Below are positions 41,301 to 51,645 of a stretch of DNA of 64,000 nt, piece by piece (the stretch's first letter is position 1; each line of letters opens with the position of its first letter). Source of the DNA: Candidatus Bathyarchaeota archaeon (GTDB lineage: Archaea; Thermoproteota; Bathyarchaeia; 40CM-2-53-6; RBG-13-38-9); assembly GCA_963807605.1 (NCBI GenBank), contig CAWECG010000001.1:416001-480000 (forward strand), in the 5' to 3' direction. Under the pieces are notes generated by a model. That model did no database searches, was not told the DNA's origin, and saw only the letters and a list, made by a program, of their open reading frames with translations. A program made the position numbers and the translations under genes.

Positions 41301-42545
41301 TTACCCGGAATTCTCACTTATTTCTCCATAACACCTTAGAGTCTGGTCTGCCGCCTTGTCCCAAGTGAAATACTTGAGGACTCTTTCCCTACCATTCTTT
41401 CCCCACTTTCTAGCAGTGTCTTTGTCGGACAGTACCGCCATAATTCCCCACGCGATATCTTGTGCGTTGTTGCCGTCCACATGTACACCACACTGGTCTT
41501 TTCCTGAAGGAACCACTTGTTCCCTGAAACCGACGACACCTCTAGCACCCACGACTGTCGGTTTTTCCATTGCCATTGCCTCAAGGCTCACTATGCCGAA
41601 GGGCTCATAGATCGAGGGGAAGACGCAGACGTCTGATGCCGCATAGTTAAGTATTCTCTCACTTTCGCTGACAAATTCGAACCTATATTGCACTTTATCT
41701 TCTATCCTTAGTCTTGAGGCAAGATCCATTATATCTCTCTGTTCTTCGCCTTTGCCCAAGATCAAGAGTTTCGAGTTTGGATATTTCTCCAATACAGTGG
41801 GCATGGCTTGAATCAGGTTCCTGACACCCTTAACCCAGGTCAAGCGCCCTATGAACAAGATTAGATTGTCATCGTCATTAACGCCATACTTAGCCCTCAA
41901 GGCCTTCACATCGTCGGCTCTGGAATTTTCAGGGTTGTACTTGTCAGGATCAACCCCGTTCCAAGCAACATGTATCTTCTCTTCAGGCCAACGGTGCCTA
42001 GCCAAATCTTCCTTCATGGCGTGGCTTACTGTAATCACGCCATCTGCTTCGTCAGCAGCCTTCTTCTCTAGGGCCGTGATAATATTAGAACCGTTTCCAC
42101 TTCTACCCCATTCGGTTGAGTGGACATGAAATACTGTGGGAATCCCGAGCTCATCTTTGCCGATTATGCTTGCTACGCTGTTAAGCCAGTCGTGAAAACA
42201 TATCAGATCGTACTTGTAACCTTGTTTCTTCACCAGGTCATTGACTAGTTTCGATATCGATAGCGTATTGTACATGAAGAAATCGCTAAAGAACTTGACG
42301 TGGGAACCCCAGCTCTCCAAATCTTTGGATAACAAAGGAAAGATCTTTGAGGCATCTGTCAGGATTGGTCTGTGAACTTCTACTCCTCTTAGAATCTCAT
42401 TAGTCGGTAAATCTCCGGTATTCATGGCGAAGACTGTAACGTCATGGTCTCGCTCCACATATTTCCTAGTTATATTCTCGGCATAGGTACCCAATCCGCC
42501 AACGACAAATGGAGGGTACTCCCATGCAAAGAACGCGATCCTCAT
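41301..42545 (-). CDS. GT4 glycosyltransferase (glycogen synthase candidate)
   Basis: WEYPP.VVGGLG, HDW, HSTEWGR, IGRL..VKG, YEPFGIVSLEA. Confidence 0.9.
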   Translation of the reverse strand: MRIAFFAWEYPPFVVGGLGTYAENITRKYVERDHDVTVFAMNTGDLPTNEILRGVEVHRPILTDASKIFPLLSKDLESWGSHVKFFSDFFMYNTLSISKLVNDLVKKQGYKYDLICFHDWLNSVASIIGKDELGIPTVFHVHSTEWGRSGNGSNIITALEKKAADEADGVITVSHAMKEDLARHRWPEEKIHVAWNGVDPDKYNPENSRADDVKALRAKYGVNDDDNLILFIGRLTWVKGVRNLIQAMPTVLEKYPNSKLLILGKGEEQRDIMDLASRLRIEDKVQYRFEFVSESERILNYAASDVCVFPSIYEPFGIVSLEAMAMEKPTVVGARGVVGFREQVVPSGKDQCGVHVDGNNAQDIAWGIMAVLSDKDTARKWGKNGRERVLKYFTWDKAADQTLRCYGEISENSG

Positions 42546-42695
42546 CCTTGAAACCTTTGAGCAGTATCAGAGATAGTGATGAAAAACCAGAGTCCATTTA
42601 AGACTTTTGTCAGTTTCCACGAGATATCGAATATAATTGAAAATCCAGTTCTTCCTTGAAAAAGTGCAAGTGACTTATACTGCTGGCAGACTTCC

Positions 42696-43115
42696 TTAAA
42701 GCGAGTGTTTATGACTGTTTAGAGACTTGCCACTCTTTTCCCCCAGAAATTTCTCTAATTCTGCAGAGACTTCGTCACCGCCTCCAACCTTTAAGCCACG
42801 GGCGACGTCGTAAAGTACGATTCGGTGCTGCAAATCCTCAGACTCCTCGATCTCACTAACAATCTCACCCGGTAGATTTTCAGACACGAAGATCATAAGT
42901 CTAGCATCCTCTACTTTCCAAAACTCTCTCTCCCGAATAGACATTCTCCCACTCCTAATCATTGATCGGAGAGTGTGTGGGCTCATGCTTCTGCTGCAAA
43001 TTATCATGTGATAGCCTTGATGATCTTTAACCCATTCGCCTTCCTCGCCGAGCTGCCAACCTTCTTTGCCTGCACAGAACTGCTTAAACTCCTTCGGTAT
43101 ACGAGAAAGGTTCAA
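42696..43115 (-). CDS. Hypothetical protein
   Basis: 139 aa ORF within the glycogen cluster; no recognised motif. Confidence 0.6.
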   Translation of the reverse strand: MNLSRIPKEFKQFCAGKEGWQLGEEGEWVKDHQGYHMIICSRSMSPHTLRSMIRSGRMSIREREFWKVEDARLMIFVSENLPGEIVSEIEESEDLQHRIVLYDVARGLKVGGGDEVSAELEKFLGEKSGKSLNSHKHSL

Positions 43116-43345
43116 GAAAGTCTACCATAAAAAAGTAAGTTGCGCACAGATAAACCTTCTTGGAGTGGTTGCAGCTTATGTCGAGTTCACGTGTCTATTC
43201 ATCGGTCTCGGCGCACAAAGACCTGCAATTCTACTAAGATACTTATCAGTTCCAATCAATCTCATTATATCATAGGAGCTGAGGACTTCCTCAGATTCCT
43301 CCACATTTGCAGCAAAATGTTTCGAAAAAATGGAGATACAACTGT

Positions 43346-44389
43346 TTGACAATCGTTTTTGAGAAATTGTTTCAGGAAGCAAGTCTGCGAAGCCCTCTCC
43401 AAGGCCTCAAGGAAGTCCATCAAAGGATTGAGATCAGAAAGGATCCCTTGACTGGAAGACGGTGCAGAATAAATATCGACAGATCCAGGAGGCCTAAGCA
43501 GGTTTCAACTGGAACTGATGAGCTGGCCCAATTTTTCAAGAGTTCGAGAGCGAAATGTTTCTTCTGTCCAGAGAACATTGAGAAGATGACGCCCACCTTT
43601 GTCGGAACACTTCCCGAAAGGATCAAGATGGGAGCGTCTTGGCTTTTTCCAAATCTGTTCCCATTCGCAGGATTCCATGCCGTTGCAGTTTTCTCAAGTG
43701 ATCATCATCTTGAGCTGAACAGATTTTCTCCGAAGCTAATTGGGAATTGCCTTAAGGCGTCATTGGAATATTTCAGACTGATTAAGGCTCAACATCCGGA
43801 GGCCAGGTATTGGAGTATTAATTGGAATTACATGCCTCCCGCTGCCGCCAGCATTGTTCATCCTCATCTTCAGGTGATAGCTGATCCCGATCCGAGCCAA
43901 AACACCCTCCAACTACTTGATGCAAGCAAATCCTACCATGATAAGCGCAGACGCAATTACTGGCGTGACCTCGCAGAAGTAGAGCAACAGAAAGGGGAGA
44001 GATTCATCGGAAGGATCGGCTCAGTGAGCTGGTTAGCCAGTTTTGCTCCACAAGGGAATCGTGAGGTCCAAGGAATATTCTCTAACATATCAAGCCTCGA
44101 TCAGTTAGGAGAGAAGGAACTGAACGAATTGTCCACTGGCCTATCCTTCATATTGAGAGGATACTATTCATGTGGAGTCAAGAGTCTCAATATGGCTACT
44201 TTCTCAGCACCCTGCGATGAGGATCTGAGCGATTTCTTTCTTCTGAATTTTAGACTTATATCGAGACCCTTCCCGGCTTGCCTTTATGTCAGCGACAACG
44301 GTTTCATGGAGACTCTTCATAGGGAACCGATCATCGAGACAATTCCTGAGGATCTTAGCATAGAGCTGAAGCGATCTTTTCTTGAATGA
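43346..44389 (+). CDS. GalT-like (HIT) hexose-1-phosphate nucleotidyltransferase
   Basis: EIRKDPLTG, CFFCP, PNLFP, ASIVHPHLQ; TTG start after GGAGA. Confidence 0.88.
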   Translation: MTIVFEKLFQEASLRSPLQGLKEVHQRIEIRKDPLTGRRCRINIDRSRRPKQVSTGTDELAQFFKSSRAKCFFCPENIEKMTPTFVGTLPERIKMGASWLFPNLFPFAGFHAVAVFSSDHHLELNRFSPKLIGNCLKASLEYFRLIKAQHPEARYWSINWNYMPPAAASIVHPHLQVIADPDPSQNTLQLLDASKSYHDKRRRNYWRDLAEVEQQKGERFIGRIGSVSWLASFAPQGNREVQGIFSNISSLDQLGEKELNELSTGLSFILRGYYSCGVKSLNMATFSAPCDEDLSDFFLLNFRLISRPFPACLYVSDNGFMETLHREPIIETIPEDLSIELKRSFLE

Positions 44390-44598
44390 AGATCGCCGAT
44401 AAAATCGGTAACCGTATTCTAACAGGGTGACGAAGCGATTTCGAGTGCGGTCGACCGACCTTGGGCGCGAATATCAAATATGTGCTTGGGTTGCTGAGCT
44501 GGTTTATCTCACGCGCGCGCGTTAATCGACAAGCTCAAAGAAGAGAAGCCAAAATGACTGGTTCTGAAACGCCACGTGTCAGATTCTAGAAGGATTGT

Positions 44599-45018
44599 TC
44601 ATTTAGGACGTCGTCGATTCTTCGGCTGCTTGAAAGGATTCTTCTCATCACTCTCCTTAAGGCGCCTTATCACTTCCGCCAGGAGATCTTCAGGCGTGAA
44701 GGGCTTGACGAAGTAACCGTCGCATCCACTCTCCTCGGCGAGCTTGTGGTCAACATCTCTGCCCAGAACGGTGAACATGACTACGGGGACGAATCTGGCA
44801 ATTGTTTCGGTCTTTAGGATCCTGCAAACTTCCAGACCGCTCATTCCAGGCATTACTATGTCAAGGAGCACAAGATCAGGATTCTCTTCCTCAGCTTTTT
44901 GGATGGCCTCTGCTCCATTGGATGCGGTGACGACATTGTATCCCTCTCGCTCTAAGATCATCTGAGCTAAACTGCGAATAGGCTCTTCGTCATCTACGAC
45001 GAGGATCTTAGCTGTCAA
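44599..45018 (-). CDS. Stand-alone response regulator receiver
   Basis: ILVVDDE, LLDIVMP, FT, KPF; close paralog of the REC fused to GT4. Confidence 0.93.
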   Translation of the reverse strand: MTAKILVVDDEEPIRSLAQMILEREGYNVVTASNGAEAIQKAEEENPDLVLLDIVMPGMSGLEVCRILKTETIARFVPVVMFTVLGRDVDHKLAEESGCDGYFVKPFTPEDLLAEVIRRLKESDEKNPFKQPKNRRRPK

Positions 45019-45688
45019 AAGTCAATGCCTCTTTTCCTTCGCCATAACACTTGCCTAGTGCCAATGTTGGTCTGAATTAACCCTTTTGATACCTTCAGAT
45101 TCCGGCTAGATCCCCTAATATAAGCTACTCAATGCTGGAATGACGTCGATCAGCAGGGTCTCTGTCGATAAACTGTCGACCGTCAACGATACGAAGCCGA
45201 AGGTTGAAGACTCGTATGGCTCTCTTGCTACACTAATGGTCCCATTTACTTCGTATACCATCAGTACTGCTTTCCTCAGAGTACTTTGCGTCAAGAGATG
45301 GATCACTTCGTCTGCCAACAATGTTCTTGCGAATTGAAGGATGTCACTTCATCCGCGAAGTGCCTAGATCCGAGCGTTATGCACGCGAATTGTTGATTAT
45401 TTTAGCGAATGCATTTTTGTCATTTTCAACGTCAACTGCTCCGTCAACTTTCATTTTCGTTTCCTTTGTTTAGGAGAATATTTGGGAAAATCCTAGCATA
45501 CTACTAACTATTCTTGAATGTGAGTCAATTTGACGACGAAGATGACAATGTTCTTGACGGGAAGATGAAACTTTTTTGACGATGGAATTGACGTAAATTG
45601 ATAATATTAATGCTTCAATCTGAGGGTAGCTGCCTCAGCACGTGCTGGAGAAATAGTGGAAAGAGGGACGCGATTTGGACTCGAATTC

Positions 45689-45716
45689 TGGTGCGAGGAG
45701 GCGGATTTGGGCACCA
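45689..45716 (-). other. tRNA(Leu)-like 3'-end fragment inside a TGGTGC/GCACCA palindrome
   Basis: Minus strand reads CAAAT CCGCC TCCTCGC A CCA (T-loop end, 5-nt T-stem, 7-nt acceptor strand, discriminator, CCA). Confidence 0.55.
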
Positions 45717-45835
45717 ATCTACTAGGAAACTCAGATGAGCTTCGTTGGGCGCAGTAAATAAGGCACTAACACTCAAGCGCACGCCAAAAAAAGAGTAAGC
45801 CCCAACTAAAAGCGGACAGACTGACTGTGGGGCAT

Positions 45836-45982
45836 CTACTTCTTCACCATCGGCTTCTCGCAACATATCAGGGGTCCACAGGTGGGACACGACTCCTCAG
45901 TACATCCCTTGGTGACTGTGACTTCAATATCACAGTCTGGATGATCACAGACGTAGACGTCTCCTTTCTTGTACGTTACCAA
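45836..45982 (-). CDS. Desulforedoxin-like Cys-rich miniprotein (48 aa)
   Basis: MVTYKKGDVYVCDHPDCDIEVTVTKGCTEESCPTCGPLICCEKPMVKK; GGGGTGAG SD; below the ORF-track cutoff. Confidence 0.85.
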   Translation of the reverse strand: MVTYKKGDVYVCDHPDCDIEVTVTKGCTEESCPTCGPLICCEKPMVKK

Positions 45983-46061
45983 ACATTCTCACCCCCTGCG
46001 CTCTATCAATATTAAAATAGCAAGCCCAATTTAACCTATTTGCTGTTTGAAGTGACTACAG

Positions 46062-46592
46062 ATGGTTGACTTGGATGAGCCGGCACCGAATTTCTCAGTA
46101 ACTACGACTAAGGGCAAAATATCACTGTCTGATTTCAAGGGTAAATGGGTGGTTCTCTTCGCTTACCCTGCAGACTTCACCCCCATATGTGAAGCTGATA
46201 CAATCGGTTTCGCAAGAAAGAAGTTCGAGTTTGATGAGTTAGGAGTCCAATTTGTAGGCTGGAGTGTCGACTCAGTCGAGACACACCTAAGATGGATAAA
46301 GGAAATAAAAGATAGAGTTGGAGTGCAGATAGGCTATCCATTAATAGCAGACATCGACAAGAAACTTGCAGAGAAATACGGTATACTCCACAAGACTAAA
46401 GGAGTCACATACAGAGGAGTATTCATAATAGATCCCGACGGCATTTTAAGATTCGCCGCCACCTATCCTCTAGAGGTAGGAAGAAACACAAAGGAAATCG
46501 AGAGAATCATCAAGGTTCTACAAAGGGCCAGAGAGCTCAGTCACCTCAAAGAATTGGACCGGGCAAGAGAACTGAGCAAGTATAATGAGTAG
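46062..46592 (+). CDS. Peroxiredoxin (single Cys)
   Basis: YPADFTPIC, WSVDS, RGVFIIDP, GRN. Confidence 0.92.
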   Translation: MVDLDEPAPNFSVTTTKGKISLSDFKGKWVVLFAYPADFTPICEADTIGFARKKFEFDELGVQFVGWSVDSVETHLRWIKEIKDRVGVQIGYPLIADIDKKLAEKYGILHKTKGVTYRGVFIIDPDGILRFAATYPLEVGRNTKEIERIIKVLQRARELSHLKELDRARELSKYNE

Positions 46593-47411
46593 CATCAAGG
46601 TGTAGACCAATCTTTCTAGGTACCGATGGATAACACAAAAAAGCTCAAGACTTTTGAGATCGCTGCCAGAGGTACGTTAGTATGATGACGACGTACGTCA
46701 TGAAGGCTGTAGAATGTTTGAACATCTTGAAGGAGTGTCGCCAATTGCCGCGCTGATTTCACCCATGGACATATGGTAAAAAATATCCGTTATTAAAGAA
46801 CCTAAACCTACTATTGCCTAAACAAGAGATACATTCCAAGCAAGTGCTTTCTTCTTTTCAGACTTGGACACGGAAATCAGCTCAGATGGAGGGAATATAA
46901 TCTCACTTTAATCTCTTAGGATTTAGGGATTGGTCATTCACGACTACGAACAAACCTCGAAAAATCTAGGAGATTAAGCGGACTCTCGTCCTAATGATTG
47001 TGCCCCGGAAAGCGTTTGTGCTAAGGCTGATGAGGGGGTATAGATGACTAGCGCTATGAGTGATGGAATGAATGTCACGATTAGTGCCGTTATGAGTTGA
47101 TGTTGCCACAGCAGGTAGAAAGCAGCTAAGCAGTACCAACGTCCTTGAAGACTTTAAGTGGATGGATTTCATGGTAGCGCGCGCGAATCTACCTTCATCA
47201 TAAACGCTATGATTAGCTTCCTAATCTGCGCAGATTAGCATTTAACGCAGCAACAATTATCATACAGTTCCCAAGGAACTCCAAGTAAGTATAAGTATGG
47301 CATATATACGCGCGTACATGGAGAATGCGATTAATCGACACGTAATGTTTAATATGCGACGGACTATTCGGTGGAGTTTCAACCTAGAAATTTGGAGTAC
47401 AGGATCGATGA

Positions 47412-47717
47412 TTGACCTTGGCACGTCTTCTGGCCTTCGTAGACATTTTTGTAGAGTCACCCACTATGGACGACGTCATCAAAGCTCTCGAGCAATTCCC
47501 TAACGTAGAAGAACTCTACTTTGTAACAGGGGAATTCGACATTGTCACACTTGTCTCAGCAGCAGACATAGAGGAATTCCGGGACTTTCTGAAAAACAAG
47601 ATTCTGAAGATAAAAGGCGTAAAGAGCACAGTATCCTCCATCGTGCTAGAGACACACAAAGGCCACAGACACAGAAGCCACGCAGAACCTGCAGCATCCA
47701 AATCGACCTCGCAGTAA
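47412..47717 (+). CDS. Lrp/AsnC ligand-binding (RAM) domain protein, no HTH
   Basis: VEELYFVTGEFDIV...IKGVKSTVSSIVL. Confidence 0.85.
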   Translation: MTLARLLAFVDIFVESPTMDDVIKALEQFPNVEELYFVTGEFDIVTLVSAADIEEFRDFLKNKILKIKGVKSTVSSIVLETHKGHRHRSHAEPAASKSTSQ

Positions 47718-47804
47718 CAGCAACCTTACTTATGCATCGAGGTTGAATCCTTCAATCCATACTATTGATGAAAATTCTCGAAGAGAGTTTGGTGTTGAAC
47801 CGAA

Positions 47805-49460
47805 TTGATCGATCCCATTCAAGGGGCTGTCGTGATTCTGATCTTGGGCTCAGTGATCGCCATAGGCCGTTTCCTCGCACCATATGTTACCCGAGTCTTT
47901 GCTCGTACCCCTGGCCGTCTCGACAGAGTCTTGAATCCAATCGAGAACTGGATCTATAGGCTTGGAGGCGTAAATCCAACCCATTCAATGAATTGGAAGA
48001 AATACTTCCTATCGTTGATGTTACTCAACGTTTTCCAAATGGCCCTTGCGTTTCTAATATTCGTATTCCAAGGGAGACTCCCGCTTAATCCTCAAGGGTT
48101 TCCAGGCCTAACATGGGACCTTGCCTTCATGCAAGTCATCTCATTCGGCAGTAATACTAATCTTCAACATTACAATGGCGAGGTTGCGCTTTCGTATTTG
48201 AGTCAAATGGGGGCGGTTCAGTTTCTCCAATTCACCTCAGCCGCGTCCGGAATTAGCGTTGCGGTAGCCTTTGTGAGAGGTTTTGCAAGCGGCTCCAAGG
48301 ACTTAGGCAATTTCTACGTTGACTTTGTGAGGTCTCTGACCAGAGTTCTGTTCCCACTATGCCTTGTAGCGTCTCTGGTCTTTGTTTGGCTCGGCGTGCC
48401 TCAGACCCTTAGCGGGTACACAACAGTGAAGACGGTGGAGGGTGCGACACAACTGATTCTCGTCGGTCCTGTCGCATCTCTAGTCTCTATCATGCAGATT
48501 GGCACTAACGGGGGAGGCTATTATGGAGCCAATTCCGCCTACCCTTTCCAGAATCCAAATCCTGCGTCAAATGTTCTTGAGATCATTCTAATGTTGCTCA
48601 TGCCAACAGTGATGATCTTCATGTATGGCGAGATACTTGGAAAGAAGAGGGAGAGCAGACCCATACTCTGGGCTTCATACGCACTCTTCGTAATCGATCT
48701 CATTATCGCATTTATTCCCAATCCAATATTGGGTCCAGGGATGGAGGTTCGGTTTGGAGGATTCTTCTCAACTTTCTGGACTGTTGTTACGACTGCCGTG
48801 ACGACAGGTTCAGTCAACGCTTCGCTCAATGCCATTCATCCACTCGCCATACTCTCCGCTTTCATGGGGATGCTGATTCAGGCAACGCCAGGGGGCAAGG
48901 GTGTTGGATTGATGTACATGGTCATGTACGTGGTGATCACCGTATTCATCGTTGGGCTCATGTCAGGCAGAACCCCAGAATACTTGGGAATGAAAATCAA
49001 CGCAAGAGACGTTACTCTCGTAATGTGTGCCTTTCTGGTTCACCCGATCATCATACTGATTCCCACGGTACTTGCATACGCAGCAGGAGCCGCAAACGCG
49101 ATAGGTGTAGGAGGCAACTCGATCGGCTACACTCAAATTCTGTGGGAGTTCACATCAGCCGCAGCAAACAACGGCGCAGACTTCCTCGGTGCATCTGCGA
49201 ACACAGTATTCTTCAACATATCAACCGCCCTAGTAATGTTTGCAGGTCGTTTCGCACCAATTGGTTTCCTGATTGCACTTGGAGGCTCGATGATTGGGAG
49301 GAAGAGAAGCGCCGAAGTTGGATTGAAGACTGACAGCATAACGTTCTCCATAGTTCTTGTAGGAAGCACGTTGATCCTTGTTGTTCTGACGTTCTTCCCG
49401 TTCCTCGCACTCGGACCAATCCTTTCCTACTTCCAAGGCCACCTGAACGGGTTCGGGTAA
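47805..49460 (+). CDS. kdpA: K+-transporting ATPase subunit A
   Basis: SNTNLQHY, GTNGGG, GRTPEYLG, NNG filter segments. Confidence 0.95.
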   Translation: MIDPIQGAVVILILGSVIAIGRFLAPYVTRVFARTPGRLDRVLNPIENWIYRLGGVNPTHSMNWKKYFLSLMLLNVFQMALAFLIFVFQGRLPLNPQGFPGLTWDLAFMQVISFGSNTNLQHYNGEVALSYLSQMGAVQFLQFTSAASGISVAVAFVRGFASGSKDLGNFYVDFVRSLTRVLFPLCLVASLVFVWLGVPQTLSGYTTVKTVEGATQLILVGPVASLVSIMQIGTNGGGYYGANSAYPFQNPNPASNVLEIILMLLMPTVMIFMYGEILGKKRESRPILWASYALFVIDLIIAFIPNPILGPGMEVRFGGFFSTFWTVVTTAVTTGSVNASLNAIHPLAILSAFMGMLIQATPGGKGVGLMYMVMYVVITVFIVGLMSGRTPEYLGMKINARDVTLVMCAFLVHPIIILIPTVLAYAAGAANAIGVGGNSIGYTQILWEFTSAAANNGADFLGASANTVFFNISTALVMFAGRFAPIGFLIALGGSMIGRKRSAEVGLKTDSITFSIVLVGSTLILVVLTFFPFLALGPILSYFQGHLNGFG

Positions 49461-49470
49461 TTGTGAAAGG

Positions 49471-51633
49471 ATGAAAGAAATGTCAACCAAAAATCATCGA
49501 ACCAGTCTACGGACAGGATTAATGTCCAGCAAGACACTGACCGACTCCTTAGTGAGACTAAACCCCATCTCACTTATCGCAAACCCAGTCATGTTCGTCG
49601 TTGAAGTCACCTTCCTTGTCGTAGCAGCGATGGCTATCTATCCTCAAGGTTTCCTTCCCGTGGCAAGCCCTGGCGAGCGGATCTTCTACATCGAAGTTGC
49701 AGTCATACTGCTCATTACCGTCTGGTTTAGCACACTCTCAGATTCCCTCGCTGAGACACAGGCAAAGAACACTGCGAACAGTCTAAGAAAGCTCGAGACG
49801 GAATCCATGACCAAGAAAATAGTGACAAAAAGTAAGGAGCAGGGAGAAGGCAGACAAGAGGAAAGGACAGTCATTCTTACTCCTTCGACTCAGCTGCGAC
49901 GAGGAGACGTGATCCTGCTTGAGAAAGGAGACATGATTCCTATCGACGCCGAGGTTACCGAAGGCATAGCAATGGTTGACGAATCTCTTCTCACCGGTGA
50001 ATCGATCCCTGTCAGAAAAGCACCTAGTGACCCCTTGATCGGAGGCTCGAAGCTTATCAGTGATACATTGACAGCTAGAGTCACCGTGAATCCTGAAGAC
50101 AGCTACATTAACCAGATGATCCGACTGGTAGAGTCATCAAAGAGACCAAAAACTCCAAACGAACAAGCGGTAGTAATAGTTCTGATAGGTCTCACCGCCA
50201 TCTTTACCATAATCATTTTCGCACTTCTCGGCATATCAGTTGTGCTCAGCCTCGGAGCTGACCTTTCAGTCCTAATCGCATTATACGTTTGCCTTCTCCC
50301 AACCACAATAGGGGCGCTTCTTCCAGCAATCGGTCTCTCTGGGATGTCCAGACTGTATGCGAGAAAGATTGTTGCAAAGTCAGGTAGAGCAATCGAGACA
50401 GCTGGCGACACGGACACAATTCTCCTCGACAAGACCGGCACGATAACTGTTGGAAGTCGACAGGCGATCGAGTTCATACCGTTCGAGGGTCATTCAGAGC
50501 AAGAAGTTGGAGAAGCAGCGTTTCTAGCATCCTGGCACGATGACACTCCAGAAGGGCGTAGCATAATCAGGTTAGCTTACAACAGCGGTTTGATACCGAG
50601 AGATCTGAACGCTCTAGCTCTCTCGGAATCCTACGAGTTTTCCGCTACGACCCGAACAAGCGGAGTGAAGTTCACCGGTGGCACCGGCTTCCTGTTACCG
50701 AAGGGCGCCAAGGAAAGGCGAAGATTTAGACGGAAATTCACGAGTTCCCTAAACGGCTCCATAGGACCCAGCGAAGTTGAGATAATCAAAGGAGCCCCCG
50801 ACGCAATAAAGCAGATCGCAAAATCTTACCCCAATGACTTCGATGCCGTCATCAACAGGATTTCCAATGAAGGCGACAGCCCCGTCGCCATCGCTAAGAA
50901 CCGTGAGATAATCGGCATCATTCGGCTAAAAGACATCCTGAAGACAGGCATCGAAGAGAAGATTCAAGCCGTCAAAGCAATGGGCATACGACCCGTGATG
51001 ATAACTGGAGACCATCCACTCACTGCCAGAAGCATCGCAGCTGAGGTTGGGATCGATGAGTATGTGCCGCAAGCAAAGCCTGAGGACAAGCATGGAATAG
51101 TCCTCCGAGAGCAAGCCAACACGAGAATTGTTGCGATGATAGGCGACGGAACCAACGACGCACCCGCCCTCGCCGTTGCCGACGTAGGCCTCGCTATGAA
51201 CTCTGGAACACAGGCAGCAAAGGAAGCGGCGAACATGGTGGATCTTGAGTCCAACCCTGCAAAGATCATAGAGGTCGTTATGCTTGGGAAACAGCTCCTC
51301 ATGACTCGTGGAGCTGTAACTACCTTCAGCATCGCAAATGACGTTGCGAAATACTTCGCAATAGTACCGGTTCTCTTTACAGTTGTCCCCGTACTTCAAG
51401 CCCTGAATATTCTGCATCTCGGATTGCACAGCGCAGTGCTCTCGGCGTTGATATTCAACGCAATCATAATCCCGCTTCTAATTCCTTTAGCCATGAAGGG
51501 CGTATCCTTCAAGCCCTCAGACACAATGACCTTGTTCCTGAAGAACACAATGATCTATGGTGTAGGCGGGGTCATAGTTCCATTTGTCGGAATCAAGCTG
51601 ATAGACATCGCCCTCGAGGCGATTCACGTTTAG
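49471..51633 (+). CDS. kdpB: K+-transporting ATPase subunit B
   Basis: NPVMFVVE, TGES, PTTIG, DKTGT, GDGTNDAPALA, TTFSIANDVAKYF. Confidence 0.97.
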   Translation: MKEMSTKNHRTSLRTGLMSSKTLTDSLVRLNPISLIANPVMFVVEVTFLVVAAMAIYPQGFLPVASPGERIFYIEVAVILLITVWFSTLSDSLAETQAKNTANSLRKLETESMTKKIVTKSKEQGEGRQEERTVILTPSTQLRRGDVILLEKGDMIPIDAEVTEGIAMVDESLLTGESIPVRKAPSDPLIGGSKLISDTLTARVTVNPEDSYINQMIRLVESSKRPKTPNEQAVVIVLIGLTAIFTIIIFALLGISVVLSLGADLSVLIALYVCLLPTTIGALLPAIGLSGMSRLYARKIVAKSGRAIETAGDTDTILLDKTGTITVGSRQAIEFIPFEGHSEQEVGEAAFLASWHDDTPEGRSIIRLAYNSGLIPRDLNALALSESYEFSATTRTSGVKFTGGTGFLLPKGAKERRRFRRKFTSSLNGSIGPSEVEIIKGAPDAIKQIAKSYPNDFDAVINRISNEGDSPVAIAKNREIIGIIRLKDILKTGIEEKIQAVKAMGIRPVMITGDHPLTARSIAAEVGIDEYVPQAKPEDKHGIVLREQANTRIVAMIGDGTNDAPALAVADVGLAMNSGTQAAKEAANMVDLESNPAKIIEVVMLGKQLLMTRGAVTTFSIANDVAKYFAIVPVLFTVVPVLQALNILHLGLHSAVLSALIFNAIIIPLLIPLAMKGVSFKPSDTMTLFLKNTMIYGVGGVIVPFVGIKLIDIALEAIHV

Positions 51634-51645
51634 GAGATTATCAAA

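Noticed and set aside
45115-45337. Short ORFs on both strands between the receiver and the miniprotein
   Set aside because: No recognisable motif or SD; cannot be supported.
47718-47804. kdpF
   Set aside because: No short hydrophobic ORF upstream of kdpA.
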